A DNA stretch of 64,000 nt, from assembly GCA_964016885.1 (NCBI GenBank), contig OZ024741.1:260276001-260340000 (forward strand). The letters are read 5' to 3'. The notes below the pieces were generated by a model. That model searched no databases and was not told the origin of the DNA. It saw nothing but the letters and a program-made list of their open reading frames with translations. Origin of the DNA: Eledone cirrhosa. Its lineage: Eukaryota. Position 1 is the stretch's first letter. Each line of letters begins with the position of its first letter. Shown piece after piece: positions 24,686-39,400 of this stretch. The translations under genes were made by a program, and so were the position numbers.

Positions 24686-27600
24686 GTTTCGCTTTACGAG
24701 TGTTTCGGCGTACGAGTGTTTCGACTTACGAGTGTTTTGACTTACGGGTGTTTCGGCTTACGAGTGTTTCGACTTACGAGTGTTCTGACTTACGACTGTT
24801 CCGACTTACGAGCGTTCCGACTTACGAGTGTTTCGGCTTACGAGTGTTCCGACTTACGAGTGTTTCGACTTACGAGTGTTTTGACTTACGGTGTTTCGGC
24901 TTACGAGTGTTTTGACTTACGAGTGTTTTGACTTACGGGTGTTTTGACATACGAGTGTTTCGATACGAGTGTTCTGACTTACGAGTGTTCTGACTTACGA
25001 GTGTTCTGACTTACGAGTGTTCTGACTTACGAGTGGTCTGACTTACGGGTGTTCTTACTTACGAGTGTTTCAGCTTATGAGTGTTTCGACTTACGAGTGC
25101 TTCGGTTTACGAGTGTTTCGACTTACGAGTGTTTCGACTTACGAGTGTTTCGACTTACGAGTGTTTTGACTTACGAGTGTTTTGACTAACGGTGTTTCTG
25201 CTTACGAGTGCTTCGACTTACGAGTGTTATGACTTACGGGTGTTTTGACATACGAGTGTTTCGATACGAGTGTTTCGACGTACGAGTGTTACGAGTGTTC
25301 TGACTTACGAGTGTTCCGACTTACGAGTGTTCCGACTTACGAGTGTTTCGGCTTACGAGTGTTTCGGCTTACGAGTGTTTCGACTTACGAATGTTTTGAC
25401 ATACGAGTGTTCCGACTTATGGATGTTTCAACTTACGAGTGTTTTGGCTTACGGTGTTTCGGCTTACGAGTGTTTCGAGTTACGAGTGTTTTGACTTACG
25501 CGTGTTTTGACGTACGAGTGTTTCGATACGAGTGTTCTGACTTACGAGTGTTCTGACTTACGAGTGTTCTGACTTACGAATGTTCTGACTTACGAGTGTT
25601 CCGACTTTACGAGTGTTTCGGCTCACGAGTGTTTCGGCTTACGAGTGTTTCGACTTACGAAAATAACAAATAGACGCGGTTTCAAATCTCTATGCTTTTC
25701 AAATTCATTACATTAATCTTTATTTATACGTTTCGCTTTACGAGAGTTTCGGCTTACGAGTGTTTCGACATACGAGTGTTTCGGCTTAAGAGTTTTTTAT
25801 TTACGAGTGTTTTGACTTACGGGTGCTTCGACTTACGCGTGTTTCGACTTACGAGTGTTTCGACTTACGAGTGTTTCGACTTACGAGTGTTTCGGCTTAC
25901 GAGTGTTTTGACTTACGAATGTTTTGACTTACGATTGTTTCGGCTTACGAGTGTTTCGACTTACGAGTGTTTTGACTTACGAGTGTTTTGACTAACGGTG
26001 TTTTTGCTTACGAGTGTTTCGACTTACGAGCGTTGACTTACGGGTGTTTTGACATACGAGTGTTTCGATACGAGTGTTTCGACTTACGAGTGTTACGAGT
26101 GTTCTGACTTACGAGTGTTTCGACTTACGAGTGTTCTGACTTACGAGTGTTTCGACTTACGAGTGTTCTGACCTACGAGTGTTCTGACTTACGAGTGTTT
26201 CGACATACGAGTGTTTTGACTTACGGGTGTTTCGACTTACGAGTGTTTCGAGTTACGAGTGTTTCGAGTTACGAGTGTTTCGACTTACGAGTGTTTTTAC
26301 TTACGAATGTTCTGAGTTACGGGTGTTTCGGCTTACGAGTGTTTCGAATTACGAGTGTTTTAACTTACGGGTGTTTCTACTTACGCGTGTTTCGACTTGC
26401 AAGTGTTTCGACTTACGAGTGTTTCGACTTGCAAGTGTTTCGATTACGAGTGTTTCGACTACAAATGTTCCGACTTACGAGTGTTTCGACTTACGAGTGT
26501 TTCGACTTACGAGTGTTCTGCCTTACGGGTGTTCCGACTTACGAGTGTTTCGATACGAGTGTTCTGACCTACGAGTGTTCTGACTTACGAGTGTTCTGAC
26601 TTACGAGTGTTCTGACTTACGGGTGATCTGACTTACGAGTGTTCCGACTTACGAGTGTTTCGGCTTATGAGGGTTTCGACTTACGAGTGCTTCGGCTTAC
26701 GAGTGTTTCGAGCTACGAGTGTTTCGGCTTACGAGTGTTTTGACTTACGAATGTTTTGGCTTACGAGTGTTTCGGCTTACGAGTGTTTCGAATTACGAGT
26801 GTTTCGACTTACGAGTGTTTTGACTTACGGTGTTTCGGCTTACGAGTGTTTTGACTTAAGGAGGTTTCGACTTACGAGTGTTTCGATACGAGTGTTTCGA
26901 CTTACGAGTGTTCTGACTTACGAGTGTTCTGATTTACGGATGTTTCAACATACGAGTGTTTCGACTTACGAGTGTTTCGACTTACGAGTGTTTCCATACG
27001 AGTGTTTCGACTTACGAATGTTCTAACTTACGAGTGTTCTGACTTACGAGTGTTCTGACTTACGAGTGTTCTGACTTACGAGTGTTCTGTCTTACGAGTG
27101 TTCCGACTTACGAGTGTTCCGACTTACGAGTGTTTCGGCTTACGAGTGTTTCGGCTTACGAGTGTTTCGACTTACGAGTGTTTCGACTTATGAGTGTTCC
27201 GACTTACGGGTGTTTCGACTTACGAGTGTTTTGGCTTACGGTGTTTCGGCTCACGAGTGTTTCGACTTACGAAAATAACAAATAGACGCGGTTTCAAATC
27301 TCTATGCTTTTCAAATTCATTACATTAATCTTTATTTATACGTTTCGCTTTACGAGTGTTTCGACTTACGAGTCTTTCGACATACGAGTGTTTCAGCTTA
27401 CGAGTGTTTTGATTTACGAGTGATTTGACTTACGGGTGTTTCGACTTACGCGTGTTTCGACTTACGAGTGTTTCGGCTATGAGTGTTTTGACTTACGGGT
27501 GTTTCGACTTACGGGTGTTTCGACTTACGAGTGTTTCGGCTTATGAGTGTTTCGACTTACGGGTGTTTTGACTTACGGGTGTTTTGACATACGAGTGTTT

Positions 27601-30600
27601 CGATACGAGTGTTCTGACTTACGAGTGTTCTGACTTACGAGTGTTCTCACTTACGGGTGTTCTGACTTACGGGTGTTTCGACTTACGAGTGTTTCGACTT
27701 ACGAGTGTATCGGCTTACGAGTGTTTCGACTTACTAATGTTTTTACTTACGAGTGTTTCGGTGTACGAGTGTTTCGACTTAAGGATGTTTCGACTTACGA
27801 GTGTTTCGACTTCCGAGTTTTCCGACTTACGAGTGTTCCGACTTACGAGTGTTTCGGCTTACGAGTGTTTCGGATTACGAGTGTTTCGGCTTACGAGTGT
27901 TTTGACTTACGAGTGTTCTGACTACGAGTGTTCTGACTTACGGGTGTTCTGACTTACGAGTGTTCCGACTTACGAGTGTTTCGGCTTATGAGTTTTTCGA
28001 CTTACGGGCGTTTCGACTTACGGGTGTTTCGACTTACGAATGTTTTGGCTTACGAGTGTTCTGACTTACGAGTTTTCCGACTTACGTCTGTTTCGACTTA
28101 CGAGTGTTTTGACTTACGAGTGTTCCGACTTACGAGTGTTTCGGCTTACGGGTGTTTCGACGTACGAGTATTTTTGGCTTACGAGTGTTTCGACTTACGA
28201 GTGTTTTGAATTACGATTGTTTCGGCTTACGAGTGTTTCAACTTACGAGTATTTCGAATTACGAGTTTTTTTACTTACGGTGTTTCGGCTTACGAGTGTT
28301 TCGACTTACGAGTGTTTTGACTTACGGGTGTTTTGACATACGAGTGTTTCGATACGAGTGCTCTGACTTACGAGTGTTCTGACTTACGAGTGTTCTGACT
28401 TACGAGTGTTCTGACTTACGGGTGTTCTGACTTACGTGTGTTCCGACTTACGAGTGTTTCGGTTATGGGTGTTTCGACTTACGAGTGTTTCGACTTACGA
28501 ATGTTTTGGCTTACGAGTGTTTCGGCTTACGAATGTTTCGACTTACGAATGTTTTGGCTTGCGAGTGTTTCGGCTTACGGGTGTTTCGACTTACGAGTGT
28601 TTCGACTTACGAGTGTTTTGACTTACGGTGTTTCGGCTTACGATTTATTCGACATACGAGTGTTTCGACTTACGGGTGTTTCGACTTACGGGTGTTTCGA
28701 CTTACGAGTGTTTCGACTTATGAGTGTTTCGACTTACGAGTGTTCTGACTTACGAGTGTTCTGACTTACGAGTGTTTCGGTTTACGAGTGTTTCGACATA
28801 CGAGTGTTTTGACTTACGGGTGTTTCGACTTACGGGTGTTTCGACTTACGAGTGTTTCGGCTTACGAGTGTTTCGACTTACTAATGTTTTTACTTACGAG
28901 TGTTTCGGTGTACGAGTGTTTCGACTTAATGATGTTTCGACTTGCGAGTGTTTCGACTTACGTGTGTTTCGGCTTACGTGAGTTTCGACTTAAGAGTGTT
29001 CTGATTTACGAGTGTTCTGACTTGCGGGTGTTCTGATTTACGAGTGTTCCGACTTACGAGTGTTTCGGCTTATGAGTGTTTCGACTTACGAGTGTTTCGA
29101 CTTACGAGTGTTTTTACTTACGGTGTTTCGGCTTACGAGTGTTTCGACATACGAGTGTTCAGACTTACGAGTGTTCCGACTTACGAGCGTTCCGACTTAC
29201 GAGTGTTTCGACTTACGAGTGTTAAGACTTACGGGTGTTTTGACATACGAGTGTTTCGATACGAGTGTTTCGACTTACGAGTGTTACGAGTGTTCTGACT
29301 TACGAGTGTTCTGACTTACGAGTGTTCTGACTTACGAGTGTTCTGACTTACGAGCGTTCTGACTTACGAGTGTTCCGACTTACGAGTGTTTCGGCTTACG
29401 GGTGTTTTGACATACGAGTGTTTCGATACAAAGTGTTTCGACTTACGAGTGTTACGAGTGTTCTGACTTACGAGTGTTTCGACTTACGAGTGTTCTGACC
29501 TACAAGTGTTCTGACTTACGAGTGTTTCGACTTACGATTGTTTTTTTCACTTACGGGTGTTTCGACTTACGCGTGTTTCGATTTACGAGTGTTTAGACTT
29601 ACGAGTGTTTCGACTACGAATGTTCCGACTTACGAGTGTTTCGACTTACGAGTGTTTCGACTTACGGGTGTTCCGACTTACGAGTGTTTCGGCTTACGAT
29701 TGTTTCGACTTACGAGTGTTTCGGTTTACGAGTGTTTCGACTTACGGGTGTTTTGACTTACGATTGTTTGGGCTTACGAATGTTTCGACTTACGAGTGTT
29801 TCAACTTACGAGTGTTTTGATTTACGGTGTTTCGGCTTACGAGTGTTTTGACTTACGAGTGTTTTGACTTACGGGTGTTTTGACATACGAGTGTTTCGAT
29901 ACGAGTGTTCTGACTTACGAGTGTTCTGACTTACGAGTGTTCTGACTTACGAGTGTTCTGACTTACGAGTGGTCTGACTTACGGGTGTTCTGACTTACGA
30001 GTGTTCCGACTTACGAGTGTTTCAGCTTATGAGTGTTTCGACTTACGAGTGCTTCGGTTTACGAGTGTTTCGACTTACGAATTTTTCGGCTTACGAGTGT
30101 TTCGACTTACGAATGTTTTGGCTTACGAGTGTTTCGGCTTACGAGTGTTTCGGCTTATGAGTGTTTCGACTTACGAGTGTTTTGACTTATGGTGTTTCGG
30201 CTTACGAGTGTTTCGACATACGAGTGTTTTGACTTACGGGTGTTTCGACTTACGGGTGTTTCGACGTAAGAGTGTTTCGACTTACGAGCGCTTCGAGATA
30301 CGAGTGTTTCGACTTACGAGTGTTTCGGCGTACGAGTGTTTTGACTTACGAGTGTTTCGACTTACGAGTGCTTTGACTTACGAATGTTTTGAATTACTTC
30401 GACTTACGAGTGATCTGACTTACGAGTGTTCCTACTTACGAGTGTTTCGACTTACGAGTGTTTCGACTTGCGAGTGTTTCGACTTACGAGTGTTTCGACT
30501 TACGAGTGTTCTGACTTACGAGTGTTCTGACTTACGAGTGTTCTGACTTACGAGTGTTCCGACTTACGAGTGTTTCGACTTACGAGTGTTTTGACTTACG

Positions 30601-33499
30601 AATGTTCTGACTTACGGGTGTTTCGGCTTACGAGTGTTTCGACTTACGAGTGTTTTAGCTTACGGGTGTTTCGACTTACACGTGTTTCGGCTTGCGAGTG
30701 TTTCGACTTACGAGTATTTCGACTTACGAGTGTTTCGACTTACGAGTGTTCTGACTTACGGGTGTTCCGACTTACGAGTGTTTCGGCTTACGATTATTTT
30801 AACTTGCGATTGTTTGGCTTACGAATGTTTCGACTTACGAGTGTTTCGACTTACGAGTGTTTTGACTTACGGTGTTTCGGCTTACGAGTGTTTCGACTTA
30901 CGAGTGTTTTGACTTACGGGTGTTTTGACATACGAGTGTTTCGATACGAGTGTTCTGACATACGAGTGTTCTGACTTACGTGTTCCGACTTACGAGTGTT
31001 TCGGCTTATGAGGGTTTCGACTTACGAGTGCTTCGGCTTACGAGTGTTTCGACTTACGAGTGTTTCGGCTTACGAGTGTTTCGACTTACGAATGTTTTGG
31101 CTTACGAGTGTTTCGGCTTACGAGTGTTTCGACTTACGAGTGTTTCGTCTTACGAGTGTTTTGACTTACGGTGTTTCGGCTTACGAGTGTTTCGACATAC
31201 GAGTGTTTTGACGTACGGGTGTTTCGACTTACGGGTGTTTCGACTTAAGAGTGTTTCGACTTACGAGCGCTTCGACTTACGAGTGTTTCGACTTACGAGT
31301 GTTTCGGCGTACGAGTGTTTCGACTTACGAGTGTTTCGACTTACGAGTGTTTCGACTTACGAGTGTTTCGACTTACGAGTGTTTTGACTTACGAGTGTTT
31401 TGACTAACGGTGTTTCTGCTTACGAGTGTTTCGACTTACGAGCGTTGACTTACGGGTGTTTTGACATACGAGTATTTCGATACGAGTGTTTCGACTTACG
31501 AGTGTTACGAGTGTTCTGACTTACGAGTGTTTCGACTTACGAGTGTTCTGACTTACGAGTGTTTCGACTTACGAGTGTTCTGACCTACGAGTGTTCTGAC
31601 TTACGAGTGTTTCGACATACGAGTGTTTTGACTTACGGGTGTTTCGACTTACGAGTGTTTCGAGTTACGAGTGTTTCGAGTTACGAGTGTTTCGACTTAC
31701 GAGTGTTTTTACTTACGAATGTTCTGAGTTACGGGTGTTTCGGCTTACGAGTGTTTCGACTTACGAGTGTTTTTACTTACGAATGTTCTGAGTTACGGGT
31801 GTTTCGGCTTACGAGTGTTTCGACTTACGAGTGTTTTAACTTACGGCTGTTTCTACTTACGCGTGTTTCGACTTGCAAGTGTTTCGACTTACGAGTGTTT
31901 CGACTTGCAAGTGTTTCGATTACGAGTGTTTCGACTACAAATGTTCCGACTTACGAGTGTTTCGACTTAGGAGTGTTTCGACTTACGAGTGTTCTGACTT
32001 ACGGGTGTTCCGACTTACGAGTGTTTCGATACGAGTGTTCTGTCTTACGAGTGTTCTGACTTACGAGTGTTCTGACTTACGAGTGTTCTGACTTACGGGT
32101 GTTCTGACTTACGAGTGTTCCGACTTACGAGTGTTTCGGCTTATGAGGGTTTCGACTTACGAGTGCTTCGGCTTACGAGTGTTTCGACCTACGAGTGTTT
32201 CGGCTTACGAGTGTTTTGACTTACGAATGTTTTGGCTTACGAGTGTTTCGGCTTACGAGTGTTTCGAATTACGAGTGTTTCGACTTACGAGTGTTTTGAC
32301 TTACGGTGTTTCGGCTTACGAGTGATCGACTTACGAGTGTTTTAACTTACGGGTGTTTCGACTTACGCGTGTTTCGACTTACGAATGTTCCGACTTACGA
32401 GTGTTTCGACTTACGAGTGTTTCGGCTTACGAGTGTTTCGACTTACGAAAATAACAAGTAGACGCGGTTTCAAATATCTTTTGAAAATGCTTTTCAAATT
32501 CATTACATTAATCTTTATTTATACGTTTCGCTTTACGAGTGTTTCGGCGTACGAGTGTTTCGACTTACGAGTGTTTTGACTTACGGGTGTTTCGGCTTAC
32601 GAGTGTTTCGACTTACGAGTGTTCTGACTTACGACTGTTCCGACTTACGAGCGTTCCGACTTACGAGTGTTTCGGCTTACGAGTGTTCCGACTTACGAGT
32701 GTTTCGACTTACGAGTGTTTTGACTTACGGTGTTTCGGCTTACGAGTGTTTTGACTTACGAGTGTTTTGACTTACGGGTGTTTTGACATACGAGTGTTTC
32801 GATACGAGTGTTCTGACTTACGAGTGTTCTGACTTACGAGTGTTCTGACTTACGAGTGTTCTGACTTACGAGTGGTCTGACTTACGGGTGTTCTTACTTA
32901 CGAGTGTTTCAGCTTATGAGTGTTTCGACTTACGAGTGCTTCGGTTTACGAGTGTTTCGACTTACGAGTGTTTCGACTTACGAGTGTTTCGACTTACGAG
33001 TGTTTTGACTTACGAGTGTTTTGACTAACGGTGTTTCTGCTTACGAGTGCTTCGACTTACGAGTGTTATGACTTACGGGTGTTTTGACATACGAGTGTTT
33101 CGATACGAGTGTTTCGACGTACGAGTGTTACGAGTGTTCTGACTTACGAGTGTTCCGACTTACGAGTGTTCCGACTTACGAGTGTTTCGGCTTACGAGTG
33201 TTTCGGCTTACGAGTGTTTCGACTTACGAATGTTTTGACATACGAGTGTTCCGACTTATGGATGTTTCAACTTACGAGTGTTTTGGCTTACGGTGTTTCG
33301 GCTTACGAGTGTTTCGAGTTACGAGTGTTTTGACTTACGCGTGTTTTGACGTACGAGTGTTTCGATACGAGTGTTCTGACTTACGAGTGTTCTGACTTAC
33401 GAGTGTTCTGACTTACGAATGTTCTGACTTACGAGTGTTCCGACTTTACGAGTGTTTCGGCTCACGAGTGTTTCGGCTTACGAGTGTTTCGACTTACGA

Positions 33500-36400
33500 A
33501 AATAACAAATAGACGCGGTTTCAAATCTCTATGCTTTTCAAATTCATTACATTAATCTTTATTTATACGTTTCGCTTTACGAGAGTTTCGGCTTACGAGT
33601 GTTTCGACATACGAGTGTTTCGGCTTAAGAGTTTTTTATTTACGAGTGTTTTGACTTACGGGTGCTTCGACTTACGCGTGTTTCGACTTACGAGTGTTTC
33701 GACTTACGAGTGTTTCGACTTACGAGTGTTTCGGCTTACGAGTGTTTTGACTTACGAATGTTTTGACTTACGATTGTTTCGGCTTACGAGTGTTTCGACT
33801 TACGAGTGTTTTGACTTACGAGTGTTTTGACTAACGGTGTTTTTGCTTACGAGTGTTTCGACTTACGAGCGTTGACTTACGGGTGTTTTGACATACGAGT
33901 GTTTCGATACGAGTGTTTCGACTTACGAGTGTTACGAGTGTTCTGACTTACGAGTGTTTCGACTTACGAGTGTTCTGACTTACGAGTGTTTCGACTTACG
34001 AGTGTTCTGACCTACGAGTGTTCTGACTTACGAGTGTTTCGACATACGAGTGTTTTGACTTACGGGTGTTTCGACTTACGAGTGTTTCGAGTTACGAGTG
34101 TTTCGAGTTACGAGTGTTTCGACTTACGAGTGTTTTTACTTACGAATGTTCTGAGTTACGGGTGTTTCGGCTTACGAGTGTTTCGAATTACGAGTGTTTT
34201 AACTTACGGGTGTTTCTACTTACGCGTGTTTCGACTTGCAAGTGTTTCGACTTACGAGTGTTTCGACTTGCAAGTGTTTCGATTACGAGTGTTTCGACTA
34301 CAAATGTTCCGACTTACGAGTGTTTCGACTTACGAGTGTTTCGACTTACGAGTGTTCTGCCTTACGGGTGTTCCGACTTACGAGTGTTTCGATACGAGTG
34401 TTCTGACCTACGAGTGTTCTGACTTACGAGTGTTCTGACTTACGAGTGTTCTGACTTACGGGTGATCTGACTTACGAGTGTTCCGACTTACGAGTGTTTC
34501 GGCTTATGAGGGTTTCGACTTACGAGTGCTTCGGCTTACGAGTGTTTCGAGCTACGAGTGTTTCGGCTTACGAGTGTTTTGACTTACGAATGTTTTGGCT
34601 TACGAGTGTTTCGGCTTACGAGTGTTTCGAATTACGAGTGTTTCGACTTACGAGTGTTTTGACTTACGGTGTTTCGGCTTACGAGTGTTTTGACTTACGA
34701 GTGTTTTGACTTACGGGTGTTTTGACATACGAGTGTTTCGATACGAGTGTTCTGACTTACGAGTGTTCTGACTTACGAGTGTTTTGACTTACGAGTGTTC
34801 TGACTTACGAGTGGTCTGACTTACGGGTGTTCTTACTTACGAGTGTTTCAGCTTATGAGTGTTTCGACTTACGAGTGCTTCGGTTTACGAGTGTTTCGAC
34901 TTACGAGTGTTTCGACTTACGAGTGTTTCGACTTACGAGTGTTTTGACTTACGAGTGTTTTGACTAACGGTGTTTCTGCTTACGAGTGCTTCGACTTACG
35001 AGTGTTATGACTTACGGGTGATTTGACATACGAGTGTTTCGATACGAGTGTTACGAGTGTTCTGACTTACGAGTGTTCCGACTTACGAGTGTTCCGACTT
35101 ACGAGTGTTTCGGCTTACGAGTGTTTCGGCTTACGAGTGTTTCGACTTACGAATGTTTTGACATACGAGTGTTCCGACTTATGGGTGTTTCAACTTACGA
35201 GTGTTTTGGCTTACGGTGTTTCGGCTTACGAGTGTTTTGACTTACGCGTGTTTTGACATACGAGTGTTTCGATACGAGTGTTCTGACTTACGAGTGTTCT
35301 GACTTACGAGTGTTCTGACTTACGAGTGTTCTGACTTACGGTGTTTCGGCTTACGAGTGATCGACTTACGAGTGTTTTAACTTACGGGTGTTTCGACTTA
35401 CGCGTGTTTCGACTTACGAATGTTCCGACTTACGAGTGTTTCGACTTACGAGTGCTTCGGCTTACGAGTGTTTCGACTTACGAAAATAACAAGTAGACGC
35501 GGTTTCAAATATCTATGCTTTTCAAATTCATTACATTAATCTTTATTTATACGTTTCGCTTTACGAGTGTTTCGGCGTACGAGTGTTTCGACTTACGACT
35601 GTTTTGACTTACGTGTGTTTCGGCTTACGAGTGTTTTGACTTACGAGTGTTTTGACTTACGGGTGTTTCGGCTTACGAGTGTTTCGACTTACGAGTGTTC
35701 TGACTTACGACTGTTCCGACTTACGAGCGTTCCGACTTACGAGTGTTTCGGCTTACGAGTGTTCCGACTTACGAGTGTTTCGACTTACGAGTGTTTTGAC
35801 TTACGGTGTTTCGGCTTACGAGTGTTTTGACTTACGAGTGTTTTGACTTACGGGTGTTTTGACATACGAGTGTTTCGATACGAGTGTTCTGACTTACGAG
35901 TGTTCTGACTTACGAGTGTTCTGACTTACGAGTGTTCTGAGTTACGAGTGGTCTGACTTACGGGTGTTCTTACTTACGAGTGTTTCAGCTTATGAGTGTT
36001 TCGACTTACGAGTGCTTCGGTTTACGAGTGTTTCGACTTACGAGTGTTTCGACTTACGAGTGTTTCGACTTACGAGTGTTTTGACTTACGAGTGTTTTGA
36101 TTAACTGTGTTTCTGCTTACGAGTGCTTCGACTTACGAGTGTTATGACTTACGGGTGTTTTGACATACGAGAGTTTCGATACGAGTGTTTCGACTTACGA
36201 GTGTTACGAGTGTTCTGACTTACGAGTGTTCCGACTTACGAGTGTTCCGACTTACGAGTGTTTCGGCTTACGAGTGTTTCGGCTTACGAGTGTTTCGACT
36301 TACGAATGTTTTGACATACGAGTGTTCCGACTTACGAGTGTTTCGGCTTACGAGTGTTTCGACTTACGAGTGTTTTGGCTTACGGTGTTTCAGCTTACGA

Positions 36401-39400
36401 GTGTTTCGAGTTACGAGTGTTTTGACTTACGCGTGTTTTGACATACGAGCGTTTCGATACGAGTGTTCTGACTGACGAGTGTTCTGACTTACGAGTGTTC
36501 TGACTTACGAGTGTTCTGACTTACGAGTGTTCCGACTTTACGAGTGTTTCGGCTCACGATTGTTTCGGCTTACGAGTGTTTCGACTTACGAAAATAACAA
36601 ATAGACGCGGTTTCAAATCTCTATGCTTTTCAAATTCATTACATTAATCTTTATTTATACGTTTCGCTTTACGAGTGTTTCGACTTACGAGTGTTTCGAC
36701 ATACGAGTGTTTCGGCTTAAGAGTTTTTTATTTACGAGTGTTTTGACTTAGGGTGCTTCGACTTACGCGTGTCTCGACGTACGAGTGTTTCGACTTACGA
36801 GTGTTTCGGCTTACGAGTGTTTTGACTTACGAATGTTTTGACTTACGATTGTTTCGGCTTACGAGTGTTTCGACTTACGAGTGTTCTGACTACGAGTGTT
36901 CTGACTTACGGGTGTTCTGACTTACGAGTGTTCCGACTTACGAGTGTTTCGGCTTATGAGTGTTTCGACTTACGAGTGCTTCGACTTACGAGTGTTTCGG
37001 CTTACGGGTGTTTCGACTTACGAATGTTTTTGCTTACGAGTGTTTCGATACGAGTGTTCTGACTTACGAGTGTTCTGACTTACGAGTGTTCTGACTTACG
37101 AATGTTCTGACTTACGAGTGTTCCGACTTTACGAGTGTTTCGGCTCACGAGTGTTTCGGCTTACGAGTGTTTCGACTTACGAAAATAACAAATAGACGCG
37201 GTTTCAAATCTCTATGCTTTTCAAATTCATTACATTAATCTTTATTTATACGTTTCGCTTTACGAGTGTTTCGACTTACGAGTGTTTCGACATACGAGTG
37301 TTTCGGCTTAAGAGTTTTTTATTTACGAGTGTTTTGACTTACGGGTGCTTCGACTTACGCGTGTTTCGACTTACGAGTGTTTCGACTTACGAGTGTTTCG
37401 ACTTACGAGTGTTTCGGCTTACGAGTGTTTTGACTTACGAATGTTTTGACTTACGATTGTTTCGGCTTACGAGTGTTTCGACTTACGAGTGTTTTGACTT
37501 ACGAGTGTTTTGACTAACGGTGTTTCTGCTTACGAGTGTTTCGACTTACGAGCGTTGACTTACGGGTGTTTTGACATACGAGTGTTTCGATACGAGTGTT
37601 TCGACTTACGAGTGTTACGAGTGTTCTGACTTACGAGTGTTTCGACTTACGAGTGTTCTGACTTACGAGTGTTTCGACTTACGAGTGTTCTGACCTACGA
37701 GTGTTCTGACTTACGAGTGTTTCGACATACGAGTGTTTTGACTTACGGGTGTTTCGACTTACGAGTGTTTCGAGTTACGAGTGTTTCGAGTTACGAGTGT
37801 TTCGACTTACGAGTGTTTTTACTTACGAATGTTCTGAGTTACGGGTGTTTCGGCTTACGAGTGTTTCGACTTACGAGTGTTTTAACTTACGGGTGTTTCT
37901 ACTTACGCGTGTTTCGACTTGCAAGTGTTTCGACTTACGAGTGTTTCGACTTGCAAGTGTTTCGATTACGAGTGTTTCGACTACAAATGTTCCGACTTAC
38001 GAGTGTTTCGACTTACGAGTGTTTCGACTTACGAGTGTTCTGCCTTACGGGTGTTCCGACTTACGAGTGTTTCGATACGAGTGTTCTGACCTACGAGTGT
38101 TCTGACTTACGAGTGTTCTGACTTACGGGTGATCTGACTTACGAGTGTTCCGACTTACGAGTGTTTCGGCTTATGAGGGTTTCGACTTACGAGTGCTTCG
38201 GCTTACGAGTGTTTCGAGCTACGAGTGTTTCGGCTTACGAGTGTTTTGACTTACGAATGTTTTGGCTTACGAGTGTTTCGGCTTACGAGTGTTTCGAATT
38301 ACGAGTGTTTCGACTTACGAGTGTTTTGACTTACGGTGTTTCGGCTTACGAGTGTTTTGACTTACGAGTGTTTTGACTTACGGGTGTTTTGACATACGAG
38401 TGTTTCGATACGAGTGTTCTGACTTACGAGTGTTCTGACTTACGAGTGTTTTGACTTACGAGTGTTCTGACTTACGAGTGGTCTGACTTACGGGTGTTCT
38501 TACTTACGAGTGTTTCAGCTTATGAGTGTTTCGACTTACGAGTGCTTCGGTTTACGAGTGTTTCGACTTACGAGTGTTTCGACTTACGAGTGTTTCGACT
38601 TACGAGTGTTTTGACTTACGAGTGTTTTGACTAACGGTGTTTCTGCTTACGAGTGCTTCGACTTACGAGTGTTATGACTTACGGGTGTTTTGACATACGA
38701 GTGTTTCGATACGAGTGTTACGAGTGTTCTGACTTACGAGTGTTCCGACTTACGAGTGTTCCGACTTACGAGTGTTTCGGCTTACGAGTGTTTCGGCTTA
38801 CGAGTGTTTCGACTTACGAATGTTTTGACATACGAGTGTTCCGACTTATGGGTGTTTCAACTTACGAGTGTTTTGGCTTACGGTGTTTCGGCTTACGAGT
38901 GTTTTGACTTACGCGTGTTTTGACATACGAGTGTTTCGATACGAGTGTTCTGACTTACGAGTGTTCTGACTTACGAGTGTTCTGACTTACGGTGTTTCGG
39001 CTTACGAGTGATCGACTTACGAGTGTTTTAACTTACGGGTGTTTCGACTTACGCGTGTTTCGACTTACGAATGTTCCGACTTACGAGTGTTTCGACTTAC
39101 GAGTGCTTCGGCTTACGAGTGTTTCGACTTACGAAAATAACAAGTAGACGCGGTTTCAAATATCTATGCTTTTCAAATTCATTACATTAATCTTTATTTA
39201 TACGTTTCGCTTTACGAGTGTTTCGGCGTACGAGTGTTTCGACTTACGACTGTTTTGACTTACGTGTGTTTCGGCTTACGAGTGTTTTGACTTACGAGTG
39301 TTTTGACTTACGGGTGTTTCGGCTTACGAGTGTTTCGACTTACGAGTGTTCTGACTTACGACTGTTCCGACTTACGAGCGTTCCGACTTACGAGTGTTTC

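Larger units (their letters stand above)
18991..34697. repeat. 7839-bp tandem segmental duplication (18991..26829 and 26830..34668)
   Basis: Every ORF from 19243 to 26227 recurs with the same translation exactly 7839 bp later. Inserts 19434/27273, 24610/32449 and 25661/33500 share the offset. The rare unit TTAAGGAGG occurs at ~19017 and ~26856. Confidence 0.96.

Noticed and set aside
25692-25991. ORFs starting MLFKFITLIFIYTF in the insert (signal-peptide-like)
   Set aside because: This is a chance hydrophobic translation of AT-rich DNA running into satellite frames. Length and frame vary between copies with the downstream T-run.
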